Below, piece by piece: positions 43,024-55,510 of a DNA stretch of 64,000 bases (position 1 is the stretch's first letter; each line of letters begins with the position of its first letter). A program made the translations under genes and the position numbers. Under the pieces are notes generated by a model. It was not told the DNA's origin. It made no database searches and saw only the letters and a program-made list of their open reading frames with translations. The stretch comes from Octopus vulgaris (Eukaryota): assembly GCA_951406725.2 (NCBI GenBank), contig OX597828.1, positions 41,788,001 to 41,852,000 on the forward strand, in the 5' to 3' direction.

Positions 43024-43809
43024 GTAGATCCCCGTCCGTTTTGACGGTCCGGCATCTGTTGTTTAATTAACTGAATTAAACGTCTTACTGACTCAGCGCG
43101 TAAACGACTTCGCGTTAGGCCTGGTCGTGTGGTAAAGAACTTTGCTTCCGAACCACATGGTTCCCGGTTCAAATCCCACTACACGGCACCTTGGGCAAGT
43201 GTCTTCTACTGTAATGACGGGCCAACAAAAGCCCTGTGAGAAGGTTTGGTAAACGGAAACTGGAAGAAACCCGTCGTGCGTATGTACATTTGTCCCATCC
43301 TACTGCTTTGCAACCGGTGTTGTTTCGTTTACGTCCTCGTAACTTAGGGATCGATATAATAAGTACTAGGTCTTAAAATTTGTTTAAACTAAACCCTTCC
43401 ACTCGGTGCCCTAGCATGGCCGCAGTCTAATGACCGAAACAAGTAAAAGATACAAGATTCCATAGATATATGTATCCCAAATACGTAAACAACTCGAAGC
43501 AGGGTGTGTGAAGACCGCACCTTTTGAATTTACGGGTATTGTCCTCCAGAGGAACTTCTATACATGCAACTTTCGTTTAACCAGTTTCGCTCACAAAGGA
43601 GGCGCCGCCGATCACAGCTCATAGTGAAGGGAGTGAGATCGAACACGAGTGTTCGAGTTTACAGAGGTGTTAGAAGGAAATTAGATAAAATTATACGTAA
43701 TGATACCAGTGGGATATATATATATATAAATTATAAGGCACTAAAAAAGAATGACTCTTCCCAGACACAACAGTATATATATCATGTCTGATCGCTAAAT
43801 CTACACGTG

Positions 43810-43940
43810 TTTTGTTTTCTCTTTCTCTCTGTTTATTTTCTCTTATTCCTTTCTGTTGAAGAGGGTAGGCTCGAAGCGTAAAAGACATTTTATACACCTG
43901 CTTGTTATCCATACACCTGTCTTCGTCTTTTGTTTTTCAA
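43810..43940 (+). mobile_element. Short pLTR-like repeat (family Y) with minimal hammerhead-like motif
   Basis: ccttt-CTGTTGA-agagggtaggctc-GAAG-cGTA-aaag; homologues at 39560, 44775 and 49885. Confidence 0.6.
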
Positions 43941-43946
43941 ATACAC

Positions 43947-43984
<38 letters not shown>

Positions 43985-44005
43985 GTATGTATGTATATAT
44001 ATATG

Positions 44006-44060
<55 letters not shown>

Positions 44061-44274
44061 ACACACACACACTCATATATGTATGTATATATGCTTTCAC
44101 TACGATGGTTTTATTAAGCACCGTCGATTTTTACAATTCTGTAAATGATGATAATAGTTTTTTATAAGCTTAAAGCTTATAAGCGATCACCGCGCAATGA
44201 TTAGAGAAAATAGTCTAATAATGGGGCATATAAGCCCTCGACAGAAAAAGTAGGTTCTTCCCGTGTACATATAC

Positions 44275-44752
44275 ACTTAGATACTTAAATAGGTTTCGAC
44301 CACATTGGCCTAGGCCATAGTTAATAGCACCGCCTAGTAAAGACATTTAGTAACGTAATTTTCTATAGTTATTTTTAGGCACCATTACCCATTCGATTAA
44401 AGAGTTGTTGTTTGCAGTAGTATATCCGGGTGTAGGTGGTTCATCTGGAATTTGTTGGAGATATTCATCCAGGAACTTTTTGAAGGTTATGAAATCTTAA
44501 AGATGCTAAAAAGAGCAGGTCTAGTTGGGGAGTGGTTCAGTCTTAGCTTTGTGATGTGCTGAAAGCACGATTTCTGTACGCATGGCACACGGGGACGCAT
44601 GGCACACGGGGACCAAGCCTTTGGGTGGATTTTAAAAGTGATACCGACATCATTTGGCTAATACTGTCGGAACAATCTCCACATACAAATTATAAAACGT
44701 TCTCGGCGGTGTTGGAGAGAATAAAGTTTGAGATTTGCGAGTCGATCCTAGT
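44275..44752 (-). mobile_element. CR1/L2-group LINE 3' end relic
   Basis: Reverse strand DRLANLKLYSLQHRRERFII...FKKFLDEYLQQIPDEPPTPGYTTANNNSLIEW followed by a short 3' UTR. Confidence 0.85.
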
Positions 44753-44774
44753 AATATATATATAGCCACTACAC

Positions 44775-44950
44775 ACATATTTTTCTCTCCTTGTTTCTCT
44801 CTTTGTTTTTTTTCTGTGTCCCTTTCTGTAGAAAAGCGTAGGCTCGAAACGTAAAAGACTTTTTCTATTCCTTGAGCGTTATACTAATACATCTGTTTGT
44901 TTTGTACACCACCTGTCTTCGTCTTTTGTTTTTTTCGTAAACTCTCCCTA
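44775..44950 (+). mobile_element. Family Y pLTR-like repeat with minimal hammerhead-like motif
   Basis: ccttt-CTGTAGA-aaagcgtaggctc-GAAA-cGTA-aaag at 44821-44857. Confidence 0.65.
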
Positions 44951-44974
44951 TATATATATATATATATATATATA

Positions 44975-45160
44975 AAGTTAATCCAAACAAGAAAACACAA
45001 AAAAAAACACAGCAACGCGAGGACGTGGAACAAATAAAGTATTATTGGACGCTCAGGAAAGAAGGGAAGAAGGAGGGTTTAACGTTTCGAACGGAGCTCT
45101 TCGTCGGAAACAAAGGAGAAGGAAAGATCCCAAGAAGGGAAGACAGAGGAAAAAAAAAAA
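44975..45160 (-). mobile_element. pLTR-like repeat with minimal hammerhead motif (relative of family Y)
   Basis: Reverse strand gttt-CCGACGA-agagctccgttc-GAAA-cGTT-aaac (45077-45111) then ttcctgagcgt. Confidence 0.65.
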
Positions 45161-45471
45161 TATATATATTTATTTATTTATATATAATGCTCTTACCTTA
45201 ATTTTTCCTTGGGTTTGGCCAGATTGGTGCAATCTCGAGTATAACCAGCCGAAATTGCAAAGATAATCTGGAACTCGCCTGAGGATAGAAAACTCCGAAT
45301 GACCCGTCCTTGTTTTCTTTGTATCGTCTGTCTGGATGTTTTGTTACCCCTTTTTTGTATCACCTGTCTGGATGTTTTGCGTTCTTGTCCCATTTTTGTA
45401 TTTTTTATATATATAAAAATATGGTGGCGTACGTATACTTTGGTCTCTTATATGTAAGTATATGTATATAC

Positions 45472-45545
<74 letters not shown>

Positions 45546-45629
45546 ACTGCGTGCACCTTGGGCAAGTGTCTTCAACTATAACCTCCGGTCAAACAAAGCC
45601 TTGTGCGTGTATCTGATAGACGGGAACTG

Positions 45630-45951
45630 GGCGTTCCTTCGTTTAACTCGACAAAACCATAAGAAGCTGTCGGTTGTTTCCGTGACAACTCGACAATTCA
45701 CTTCGGATATCTTCGTGATCTCCGAAAATTTGCGGATTTTAAATACACACACGAGGCAGGTAAGAACAAATATGCAAGGTTTTTTGCTGGCGTAATTTTG
45801 TTATATCTATATTCCACAACATAAATACATAAAAACAGAACACGGCACACTGTCACGGAGCTCACGAAGATATCCGAAGTGAATTGTCGAGTTGACACGG
45901 AAACAACCGAGGTCTTGTTATGGTTTTGTCGAGTTGAAACGAAGGAACGCC
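45630..45951. mobile_element. MITE with about 95-bp TIRs and 8-bp TSD, inserted in a SINE A head
   Basis: ggcgttccttcgttt...aaacgaaggaacgcc; TSD gggaactg / ggaaactg. Confidence 0.88.
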
Positions 45952-47098
45952 GGAAACTGAAACAGGCCCGTCATATATACATATATATGTATACTCTCTT
46001 TTTTACTCTTTTTACTTGTTTCAGTCATTTGACCGCGGCCATGCTGGAGCACCGCCTTTAGTCGAGCAAATCGATCCTAGGACTTATTCTTTGGAAGCCT
46101 AGCACTTATTCTATCGGTCTCTTTTGCCGAACCGCTAAGTTACGGGGACGTAAACACACCAGCATCGGTTGTCAAGCGATGTTGGGAGGACAAACACAGA
46201 CACACAAATAAAACAAATATATATATATATACAGATATATATTTATATGCATATATGTGTGTGTGTGTTTCTTTGTCCGCCACCACTGCTTGACAACTTA
46301 GCAGTTCGACAAAAGGGACCTGTGGTTTGAGGCTTAGAAAATTGAACTACCAGAGTCGATTCGCCGCTCAAATAAAAACCTTCAAACCGGAGCTCAGGCA
46401 TGGCCGCAGTCCAATGACTGAAACAAGCAAAAGATGAGAAGCCAATGGCAAGAGACATAACGTTTTATGTGCATGCTTATATGTGCGTGTATATGCATGT
46501 GTGCGTGTGTGAGCGTCTGTATTCGTGTGTATGTATGTGTATGCGTGTGCTTCTCTCTATTTTCTTCGTTGTCTCCCTTTGCTCTCCCTCTTTCCCTCTC
46601 TATTGTCTTACTAACTTTCCTCTCACCGTCCCTCACTATTTGCTCCTTCCTCTAACGCATTCATCTACCTCTCACTCTCCACTCGACACTCATTTTCCTT
46701 ATGGGTATCTGCCTGTGTCTGTCTGTGTCTGTCTGTCTGTCTCTGTTCCTCTTTCCTCCCTCTTCCCCATCACATGACTACCACCGCCACCTTTCTACAT
46801 CCGCCTTCCAATACTCCACCCCACCCCCCAACCACCACTACTACATCATACAACCATCTCATCATACAACAGCAGCAACAACAACAACAATAACACCGCC
46901 ACTGCCGCCGCGGCCACCACCACCACCACCACCACCACCACCACCATCACTACCACCACCACCACCACCACCACCTCCACCACATCTTTCACCATTCAAC
47001 CACCACCGCCGTCGCCACGCTTGCTTCACCACCACCATCACCACCATCTCCATTACCACAACCATATATCCTCGTTTGCCCAGGTAAGACCTGTCCAA

Positions 47099-47149
<51 letters not shown>

Positions 47150-47208
47150 TACGCAGATATACATACGGACAACCTCCTCCAAAGTATGGCCTATTCAGAT
47201 ACATACAC

Positions 47209-47259
<51 letters not shown>

Positions 47260-47516
47260 TAAGGGGTTTGTGCCCTCCTCTTTAAGGTCCCTTCGCACAA
47301 TCAGCCACCACCGTCACCACCACGTACACAAATCACCACTACACTACAACCAGCACTACTACCATATTAAAGTCACTACTAACCAACGAGCCAGTCAGAC
47401 AGTCAGCCAGCCACTCCCTCCTCTATAAATAAGGTGATATTACCTCACCGAATTCTGACTCATATTTTAGATGTATTAAAACATCTTTTTGATCAACCGA
47501 ACCACAACACCTGTCT

Positions 47517-47580
<64 letters not shown>

Positions 47581-48534
47581 TTGAGTGAGTGTTTGTGTGT
47601 GTGTATGTGTGCGTGTGTGTGTGTATGTATAGGTGTGTTTGTGTGTGTGTGTATGTGAGCACACGTGCTTGTGTGTGTGTGTGTGTGTGGTGGACAGATC
47701 TGACCTGAGTTGACACGGACAGTGTGAACAGGTCTTAAACGGGCATAGACTCACTCTCGCTCCTCTCTCTCTCTCTCTTTCTTCTCTTTCTTTCTCTCTC
47801 ACTGCATGTGTGTGTGTATGTGTGTGTGTGTGTGTGTGTAACTGAACTGGCCTTCCTTTAGAGGACACAGACTGTATGCGTGTGTGCGTATCTGGACACG
47901 TCTTACCCGAGTAGACGCGGGCAATGTGCGAAGAGGCCTTAAAAAGAAGGGCACAAACTCGCTATCTCTCACTCTCCCCCTCTCTCTCTCACTGTGTGTA
48001 TCTGAATTGGCTTTACTTTGGCGGACGTTGTCCGTATGTATATCTGCGTATGTGTGTATATGAGTGTATGCTTGGACAGGTGTTACCTGACCAAACGAGG
48101 ACTGTGTGCACATAAAATTCCAGTAATGGGCCGAGTGTGTGTGCATGAACAAACCCGACCCCGAGAGGTCACTGGCTGTGTGTGTTTTTGCATTTGTATG
48201 TGTCGCGTGTGTAGACACGTCTTACGTAGGCAGACAAATGTCTGTGGTTGCGAACAGACTTGACCTAAGAGGAAATAGTTTCTGTGCGTCCAGACTGGCC
48301 TTAGTTTGGCAGACAAGGGTCAGCATGTGTCACAAGTTTCACGTAATGAGATTGAATAATTTTTTTGTTCAGTCTGTAGTAAGTAGCCCCTCCCATAGCG
48401 TCTGAGCCACAAGTGGACCGTGTGAATTCTGAGGTGCTGCAAGGTATCTGAACCCGGAACCATGTGGTTGGTAAGCAAGCTACTTACTACACAGCCACTC
48501 TTGCTCCAATGATATATATATATATATATATGTA

Positions 48535-49230
48535 TTATATAAAATCCGTTCTGTCTGTCTGTGTGTGTGTCTTCTAGGAACTCGGGCATCCTCCATCCAA
48601 TTGCGCTCAAATTTGATATGTAGATACAGACGGTATCAGGGTGTGTATAAGTCTTGAAAAAATTTTAAAAATCGATTCCAGGTTAGAATGCGATCGATAA
48701 AGCCGTGGGAACGTGCATTTGTACGCGCAAGTACATCAGCTGTTGCGATCGATACTACGCGTACGCGAGAAAATGGCACGTGCAGTTTGCGCAAAAAAAT
48801 CATCATGCTTTTCCATCTAGATTTATCTCCAACTAACCCATTTGTATGCATCGTTTTTGTTTTGCTTTTCTTCCGTCAACCTGTACATAACTGCACCTTC
48901 CATTTTTGTTGTTTTTGTACTGCTCAAAGGCACGTTTCTTTCCGGCCAAGCTTACTGTTTAAACCATGTTTGTGTTCTCCCAGTCAACAGCCTTATCATT
49001 ACTGGTACTTTAAACTCTTCGGTTGCATATTTGTGTGAATAAAAACGTTCTTCTTTGGAATAGAAAAAAGTCTATCTTTATTCCTTCTTTTGGTGGTGTC
49101 TCACATTTAGTTTAAATCAGTGTTTCTCAAAGGGGAGGCCTATGGGACGGTCGGACAAGTTGTTTTGAGAACATTTGGTTTAAATGTTTGACAACTCAGA
49201 ACCGTCCATTAGACGGGGGCGTTTTGCTCG

Positions 49231-49231
<1 letters not shown>
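48535..49231 (+). mobile_element. Non-autonomous Helitron/Helentron-like element (longer copy)
   Basis: 5' (CTGT)n tract, 3' hairpin ccgtc-catta-gacgg then gctcgt; homologous to 22100. Confidence 0.7.
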
Positions 49232-49310
<79 letters not shown>

Positions 49311-49329
49311 TATAATAATATTAATATTA

Positions 49330-49363
<34 letters not shown>

Positions 49364-49374
49364 CATCATCATCA

Positions 49375-49411
<37 letters not shown>

Positions 49412-49422
49412 CATCATCATCA

Positions 49423-49455
<33 letters not shown>

Positions 49456-49823
49456 GTCAATTGGTAGTTAATTTGTTTTGTTTTTGCTTGTGAAATCTCT
49501 TTCGTTATTACTTGCAACCTTTTAACACAAACACACACACAAAACGGGCTTCATTCAGTTTCTGCCTACCAAATCTAGGCTCAAGTCTTTGGTCGGTCGG
49601 AGGCTATAGTAGAAGATTATAACACAAGAAGATGGGAGAAAGAGGCTTTAATCCAAGCCGCAACAATTGTTTCTGTGCATTAGTACAGTGACAGTGTTTA
49701 CCAACCAGTGCGCAGAAACGATTGTTGGGTTTAGGGTTAGAGCCTGTTCATACATTTTATTTGTATGCACATATACAAACATACATACATACACACACAC
49801 ACACATATACACGCACGCACACA

Positions 49824-49884
<61 letters not shown>

Positions 49885-50036
49885 TTATTTTCTCTCTTTG
49901 TTTCTTTCTGTGTTCCTTTCTGTGGAAGAGCGTAGGCTCGAAACGTTAAAGACTTTTCCACTTCCTGAGCGTTATACTAATACATCTGTTTGTTGTCTAC
50001 ACAAACCGTCTTCGTCTATTGTTTTTTTTTTGTGAA

Positions 50037-50045
<9 letters not shown>
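49885..50045 (+). mobile_element. Family Y pLTR-like repeat
   Basis: ccttt-CTGTGGA-agagcgtaggctc-GAAA-cGTT-aaag at 49915-49951. Confidence 0.65.
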
Positions 50046-50118
<73 letters not shown>

Positions 50119-50240
50119 GCTTATAAATACATATATATATATATATACCTACATATATATACATATGTCTACACACACATATATAACATTATGTACACAT
50201 TTACATATATGCGTAAGCATATAATACACACACACACATA

Positions 50241-50300
<60 letters not shown>

Positions 50301-50503
50301 CGCACATATGTAAAAATGCGTGTAGCGTGCGTGCGCGCGTGGGTACATAGTCAAAACAGCAAGGTGACCTACAGGTTAAACAGTGTGCTGTTTTGTTGGT
50401 AACTGTTAGCAACTTTGACAGCAAAACTGTCACTTTTGTCATGAAATTCATATAATTTGCTTCATTTTTTTTGCTCCCCTGAGGGAAAAAAAGGAAGAGT
50501 GCA

Positions 50504-50576
<73 letters not shown>

Positions 50577-50642
50577 GTGATGGGTCGAGATTGGAAGGTG
50601 GAAGAACTGTGACCAGGATGAAGGTTAGGGCGGATAATAGTA

Positions 50643-50723
<81 letters not shown>

Positions 50724-50738
50724 CAATAATAGTTTATA

Positions 50739-50781
<43 letters not shown>

Positions 50782-50993
50782 GCGTCAAAAAAAAAAGAGA
50801 AAAATAATGAATTTTATAACAGAGAAATGAGAAAAAACGCAAAATCGCGCAACACCATGTGTATGTATGCGTATATGCGTGTGTTTGTGTGTGCCTGTGT
50901 GCGTTTCTGTGCGTATGCTTGTCTGTGTATGTGTATATATGTGTGTGTGTGTGTGTTTGTGTTTGTGTGTGTGTGTCTATATATATGTCTGTA

Positions 50994-51037
<44 letters not shown>

Positions 51038-51072
51038 CGTATATGTGAGTGTACATATATATATATACATTT

Positions 51073-51145
<73 letters not shown>

Positions 51146-52150
51146 TATTTGTGAGTGTGCACATATATATATATATTCATATATATACATACATATATAT
51201 ATATATATATACACGCAGGTACATATATATATACACACACGCATATACACACACAGACACGTATGGATTAGAAAAGAGGTTAAATACAATATGAAAGTCG
51301 GGGTTAATAAAATGCCCCCCGTTGGACAACATATGAAGTGGAAGTGAGTGAATGTAATATTAAAATATTATTACAAAAGGTTTTTCAGGAAACATTGCCT
51401 GAAGCTGTTACACGCTCCGCCTTTCTCTCGCCCTCTCTTTCTCTCACATGCATGCAGAGAGAGAGAGAGAGAAGTGTGTACAGGTGTTTATAGTTTCATA
51501 GAGAGACTGGAAATAATGAGCAAGTCAAAACGAGGTGACGTCAAGGTTTCAGCTTTTAATTGCTAACATCGTAATTCCGCATGTCATTGACTCCGTAAAC
51601 GAACTCACACATACATACACACTCACTCACGCACGCACACGGACGTTTATGCGCGCGTACACGCACTAATACGTGCGTACGCGCAAGCATGCACACACAC
51701 ACATACACACACACAAGCATGCACAAAAGCCTATACACATACACACACACACACAAGCATGCACAAAAGCCTATACACATACACACACACACACAAGCAT
51801 GCACAAAAGCGTATACACATACACTCACAAAACATACAAACACACGAAGGCATACACACACACACATACACGTACCCACACACACACACACGTACCCAGA
51901 CACACACACACAAGCATACATATAGAAAAGTATATATACGCACAAAAATGCATATACACTCTCCAATACCTGTGTAATCAACGGCCGTCTTTAAACCGAC
52001 CTCCAGGGAGCAGTGTTGTGGAGTACTGACAACCCCACCTCGTCAAAGCCGAAGCGGTCTGGTAACTCCCCTAGTCTCTGATCAACTTCAAATTACTCTA
52101 GAATACATAACTTGGGTCCAATCTGCCGAAACTAAAATTCATCTACTCTA

Positions 52151-52312
52151 CGCAGGAGTGGCTGTGTGGTAAGTAGCTTGCTAACCAACCACATGGTTCC
52201 GGGTTCAGTCCCACTGCGTGGCATCTTGGGCAAGTGTCTTCTGCTATAGCCCCGGGCCGACCAATGCCTTGTGAGTGGATTTGGTAGACGGAAACTGAAA
52301 GAAGCCTGTCGT

Positions 52313-52377
<65 letters not shown>

Positions 52378-52594
52378 TTGTGTGTCTGTGTTTGTCCCCC
52401 TAGCATTGCTTGACAACCGATGCTGGTGTGTTTACGTCCCCGTCACTTAGCGGTTCGGCAAAAGAGACCGATAGAATAAGTACTGGGCTTACAAAGAATA
52501 AGTCCCGGGGTCGATTTGCTCGACTAAAGGTGGTGCTCCAGCATGGCCGCAGTCAAATGACTGAAACAAGTAAAAGAGTAAAAGAGTAAAGAGT
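52151..52594 (+). mobile_element. SINE family A, young full-length copy
   Basis: Near-identical to the inverted copy at 54268-54675. Confidence 0.94.
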
Positions 52595-52639
52595 ACTCTT
52601 TCAGAGCCGTCTCCAAATGATTTTTGGCCTTTGGGCAAA

Positions 52640-53030
52640 TCAGTGTGCTGGGCCCTATACTATTTGATAGCGAGCCACAGCATAGATCAGAATTGGATGG
52701 ATCCTTGAGACAACTGCGCAATGTGCTGGCCTTTATAGTTTTGACAGTAGGCCATAGTATAGATCAGAATTGGTTCTCTCAGATCTGTTGGGACCCTGGG
52801 ACAACTGCGCAATATGCTAGCCTTTATAGGTTTGACTGTAGGCCATACTATAGATCAGATTTGAGTTCTCAGATTTGTTGGGACCCTGGGACAACTGCGC
52901 AATGTGCTGGCCTTTATAGGTTTGACAGTAGGCCATACTGAGTTCTCAGATCTGCTGGGTTCTTGAAGAACTGCCTAGTGTGCAGGCCACTATAGTTTGA
53001 ATATGAAGCTATAACAAAGATGAGAATTGG
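52640..53030. repeat. Approximately 90-bp minisatellite, 4-5 copies
   Basis: gacaactgcgcaat at 52709, 52800 and 52890, with degenerate outer units. Confidence 0.9.
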
Positions 53031-53169
53031 GCTCCTAGGCCACTGCCAGTGTGACCGTAACTTAGATCAGCTTTGCTCTCCTCTTCCTTTCCGTTACCCA
53101 CAACTCTCAACCTCAACGTCATCCATATACCATGTACGCCTTTCATCTACTTTCTCCCCAACACACATA

Positions 53170-53545
53170 ACTAACACTCCCCTCTTATCTAATTACCTCC
53201 ACTCATTCTTCTCATCTTCACCAGCAGCCTTTCTATCTACAATCATGGTATGATCAAAGCCCTGTATCTCTTTAACCACACTTTTGCTGTGGTTCCTCTT
53301 AATTTTTATTCAGTTCACCAAGTCCCTCTACATCATCGCCCATCACAATGATCTCCAATTCCTCAAATTCTTAAATCTTCGAAATACATTCGAATCTGCC
53401 ATCCCTATTCTCATTCGCCTCATCGAAATCGTTTCTATTCTTTACTGCTTTTCTTTTATCAGGGGTTTTTACCACAAGTTTACTGGTGTTGAAATTGGCG
53501 CCAGGATGTGCCCTGGCTACGCTAACCTGTTTGTTGCATTGAGGA
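53170..53545 (+). pseudogene. Penelope-like reverse transcriptase relic
   Basis: FTKSLYIIAHHND...ILIRLIEIVSILYCFSF..FYHKFTGVEIGARMCPGYANLFV matches the PLE RT pattern DV.SLYT.IPH...GVAMG.RMGP.YANLF. Confidence 0.8.
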
Positions 53546-53610
53546 ACAGCATGTCATTAATTCACCGTTTTTTCTTTATTTTTTTCTCAATAAAAGAGTT
53601 TTTTAGTGAG

Positions 53611-53679
53611 TGATATGGCCATATTACTTTGAAAACACCGGTTCTTGTCCGATCACCGAAGTTAAGCAACGATGAGCCT
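53611..53679 (+). pseudogene. 5S rRNA pseudogene, 5' half only
   Basis: tatggccatattactttgaaaacaccggttcttgtccgatcaccgaagttaagcaacgatgagcc matches invertebrate 5S nt ~1-68; box C half absent. Confidence 0.88.
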
Positions 53680-53811
53680 ATACAGACATATATATAGACA
53701 CACACACAAGCTGCGAAACCTCCGTAATCCTAAGGATAACAAGTGGTTAAATAATTTCTCTTCTCATACCTCTTGCCTTTTTGTGGTTTAGAATGTGTGT
53801 GTGTGTGTGTA

Positions 53812-54034
53812 TACACGAGGGTATGCTGAAAAATTCTTGGCTTTAAGGGTGTCGCGAAAGGCCTGGTTGGAGCCCCTACCATCCGAGTTCTTTTATAGGC
53901 TTAGAAAAACTGAAGGATCGCTGCAATAAGTGTGTGAATCTGAGAAGGGAATATGTCGAACAACATCATAATTAACTGATCCTCCTGTATTTGTTTTACC
54001 CAAATTCGAGAACTTTTCAGCGCTTCCTAGTGTA
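53812..54034 (+). mobile_element. Mariner-derived MITE
   Basis: TIRs tacacgagggtatgctgaaaaattct / agaacttttcagcgcttcctagtgta; internal GLEKLKDRCNKCVNLRREYVE. Confidence 0.82.
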
Positions 54035-54049
54035 AAGGACACGCATGTC

Positions 54050-54110
54050 TTTTAGTACTATTAATAGTTTCATATGTTGAGAAATACTCAGACGTATTCT
54101 TCAGGAACAA
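54050..54110 (-). ncRNA. Hammerhead-like motif with 12-nt palindromic stem III
   Basis: Reverse strand CTGAAGA-atacgtctgagtatttctcaacatat-GAAA-ctattaataGTA; stem I weak. Confidence 0.5.
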
Positions 54111-54267
54111 ACCACATATCATAACGAACTGAATAATAGAAATAACGCGAAAGAAACTGGGAAGATAACGCAGAAAGTTAAAAAAACGAAAACCGGAAAA
54201 CGAAAACGCAAAAGCTATATGTACAAAGAGGAAGTCATAAGGTTTCAAAAACATGTAGACCCTTAAT

Positions 54268-54675
54268 TCTCTTTCTCTTTCTCTTTTACTTGTTTCAGTC
54301 ATTTGACTGCGGCCATGCTGGAGCACCGCCTTTAGTCGAGCAAATCGACCCCGGGGCTTATTCTTTGTAAGCCCAGTACTTATTCTATCGGTCTCTTTTG
54401 CCGAACCGCTAAGTGACGGGGACGTAAACACACCAGCATCGGTTGTCAAGCAATGCTAGAGAGACAAACACAGACACACAAACATATACATACACATACA
54501 TATATATATATACGACAGGCTTCTTTCAGTTTCCGTCTGCCAAATCCACTCACAAGGCATTGGTCGGCCCGAGGCTATAGCAGAAGACACTTGCCCAAGA
54601 TGCCACGCAGTGGGACTGAACCCGGAACCATGTGGTTGGTTAGCAAGCTACTTACCATACAGCCACTCCTGCGCC
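54268..54675 (-). mobile_element. SINE family A, young full-length copy
   Basis: Complete, ending ...agccactcctgcgcc. Confidence 0.94.
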
Positions 54676-55461
54676 TTGTCTTAGTATGTTGTAATGAAGA
54701 TCGAATCGATTTGTTTCGTCATTTCTTGAGGATTCATCAAGAATCGCTTGCGTTACTTTTCCACGACTGAAATTTAAAAGCATAAAATATCTCAATAGAT
54801 AAATTCATAAATTTACACTTTATATATTTGTATTATATGTTAATATATAATTCTGATTATTTTCTCACATTCAACTTTGACCTTTGCCCCTCGTTTACAT
54901 AATTAATTGCTTACATACCAATATCACCTTTAACCCTTTTTTCACATTTGCTCGTACATTTAATCCCAACCTTTGTGTCTAATTTACATATATTCTCACA
55001 TTCAACCCTCACCTTTATTCCCAGTTACGTTCTTCTATTTAACGAATTCTGTTAGGTCATTAAGAACAGGTAACATATGTTTAGGTATTCAAAAAAATAT
55101 ATTATTAAAACTAATTATTGCCAACGAACAGAAGGACGGAGAATTTAATGAGGCAATCGACAAATGAATGCTTGCTACATATATTTGCACACGTCGTTAA
55201 AATTTTATATTAATATGTAACGAAACCCATGTAATATTGATGCATCGTATTATGTATGTATAATATATACATACGTAATTATCTGACTGGTACGCACATA
55301 TGAATTCTTCTTTTGTGTATAGCGAGTACATATATGTGTGAGTGTGTGTGCGAATGTATATATACTTGGGCAAATATGCGTATATACGTGTGTATGCTTG
55401 TCTAAATAAATGTGTGTATATATATACGTATATGATTATGTATATATGTATAATTATAAGC

Positions 55462-55504
<43 letters not shown>

Positions 55505-55510
<6 letters not shown>

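Noticed and set aside
46701-47087. Proline-rich (formin/extensin-like) ORF
   Set aside because: It is a (CCA)n microsatellite region with no flanking domain or splice support.
53611-53679. Functional 5S rRNA gene
   Set aside because: The 3' half, including box C and the terminator, is missing; listed as a pseudogene.
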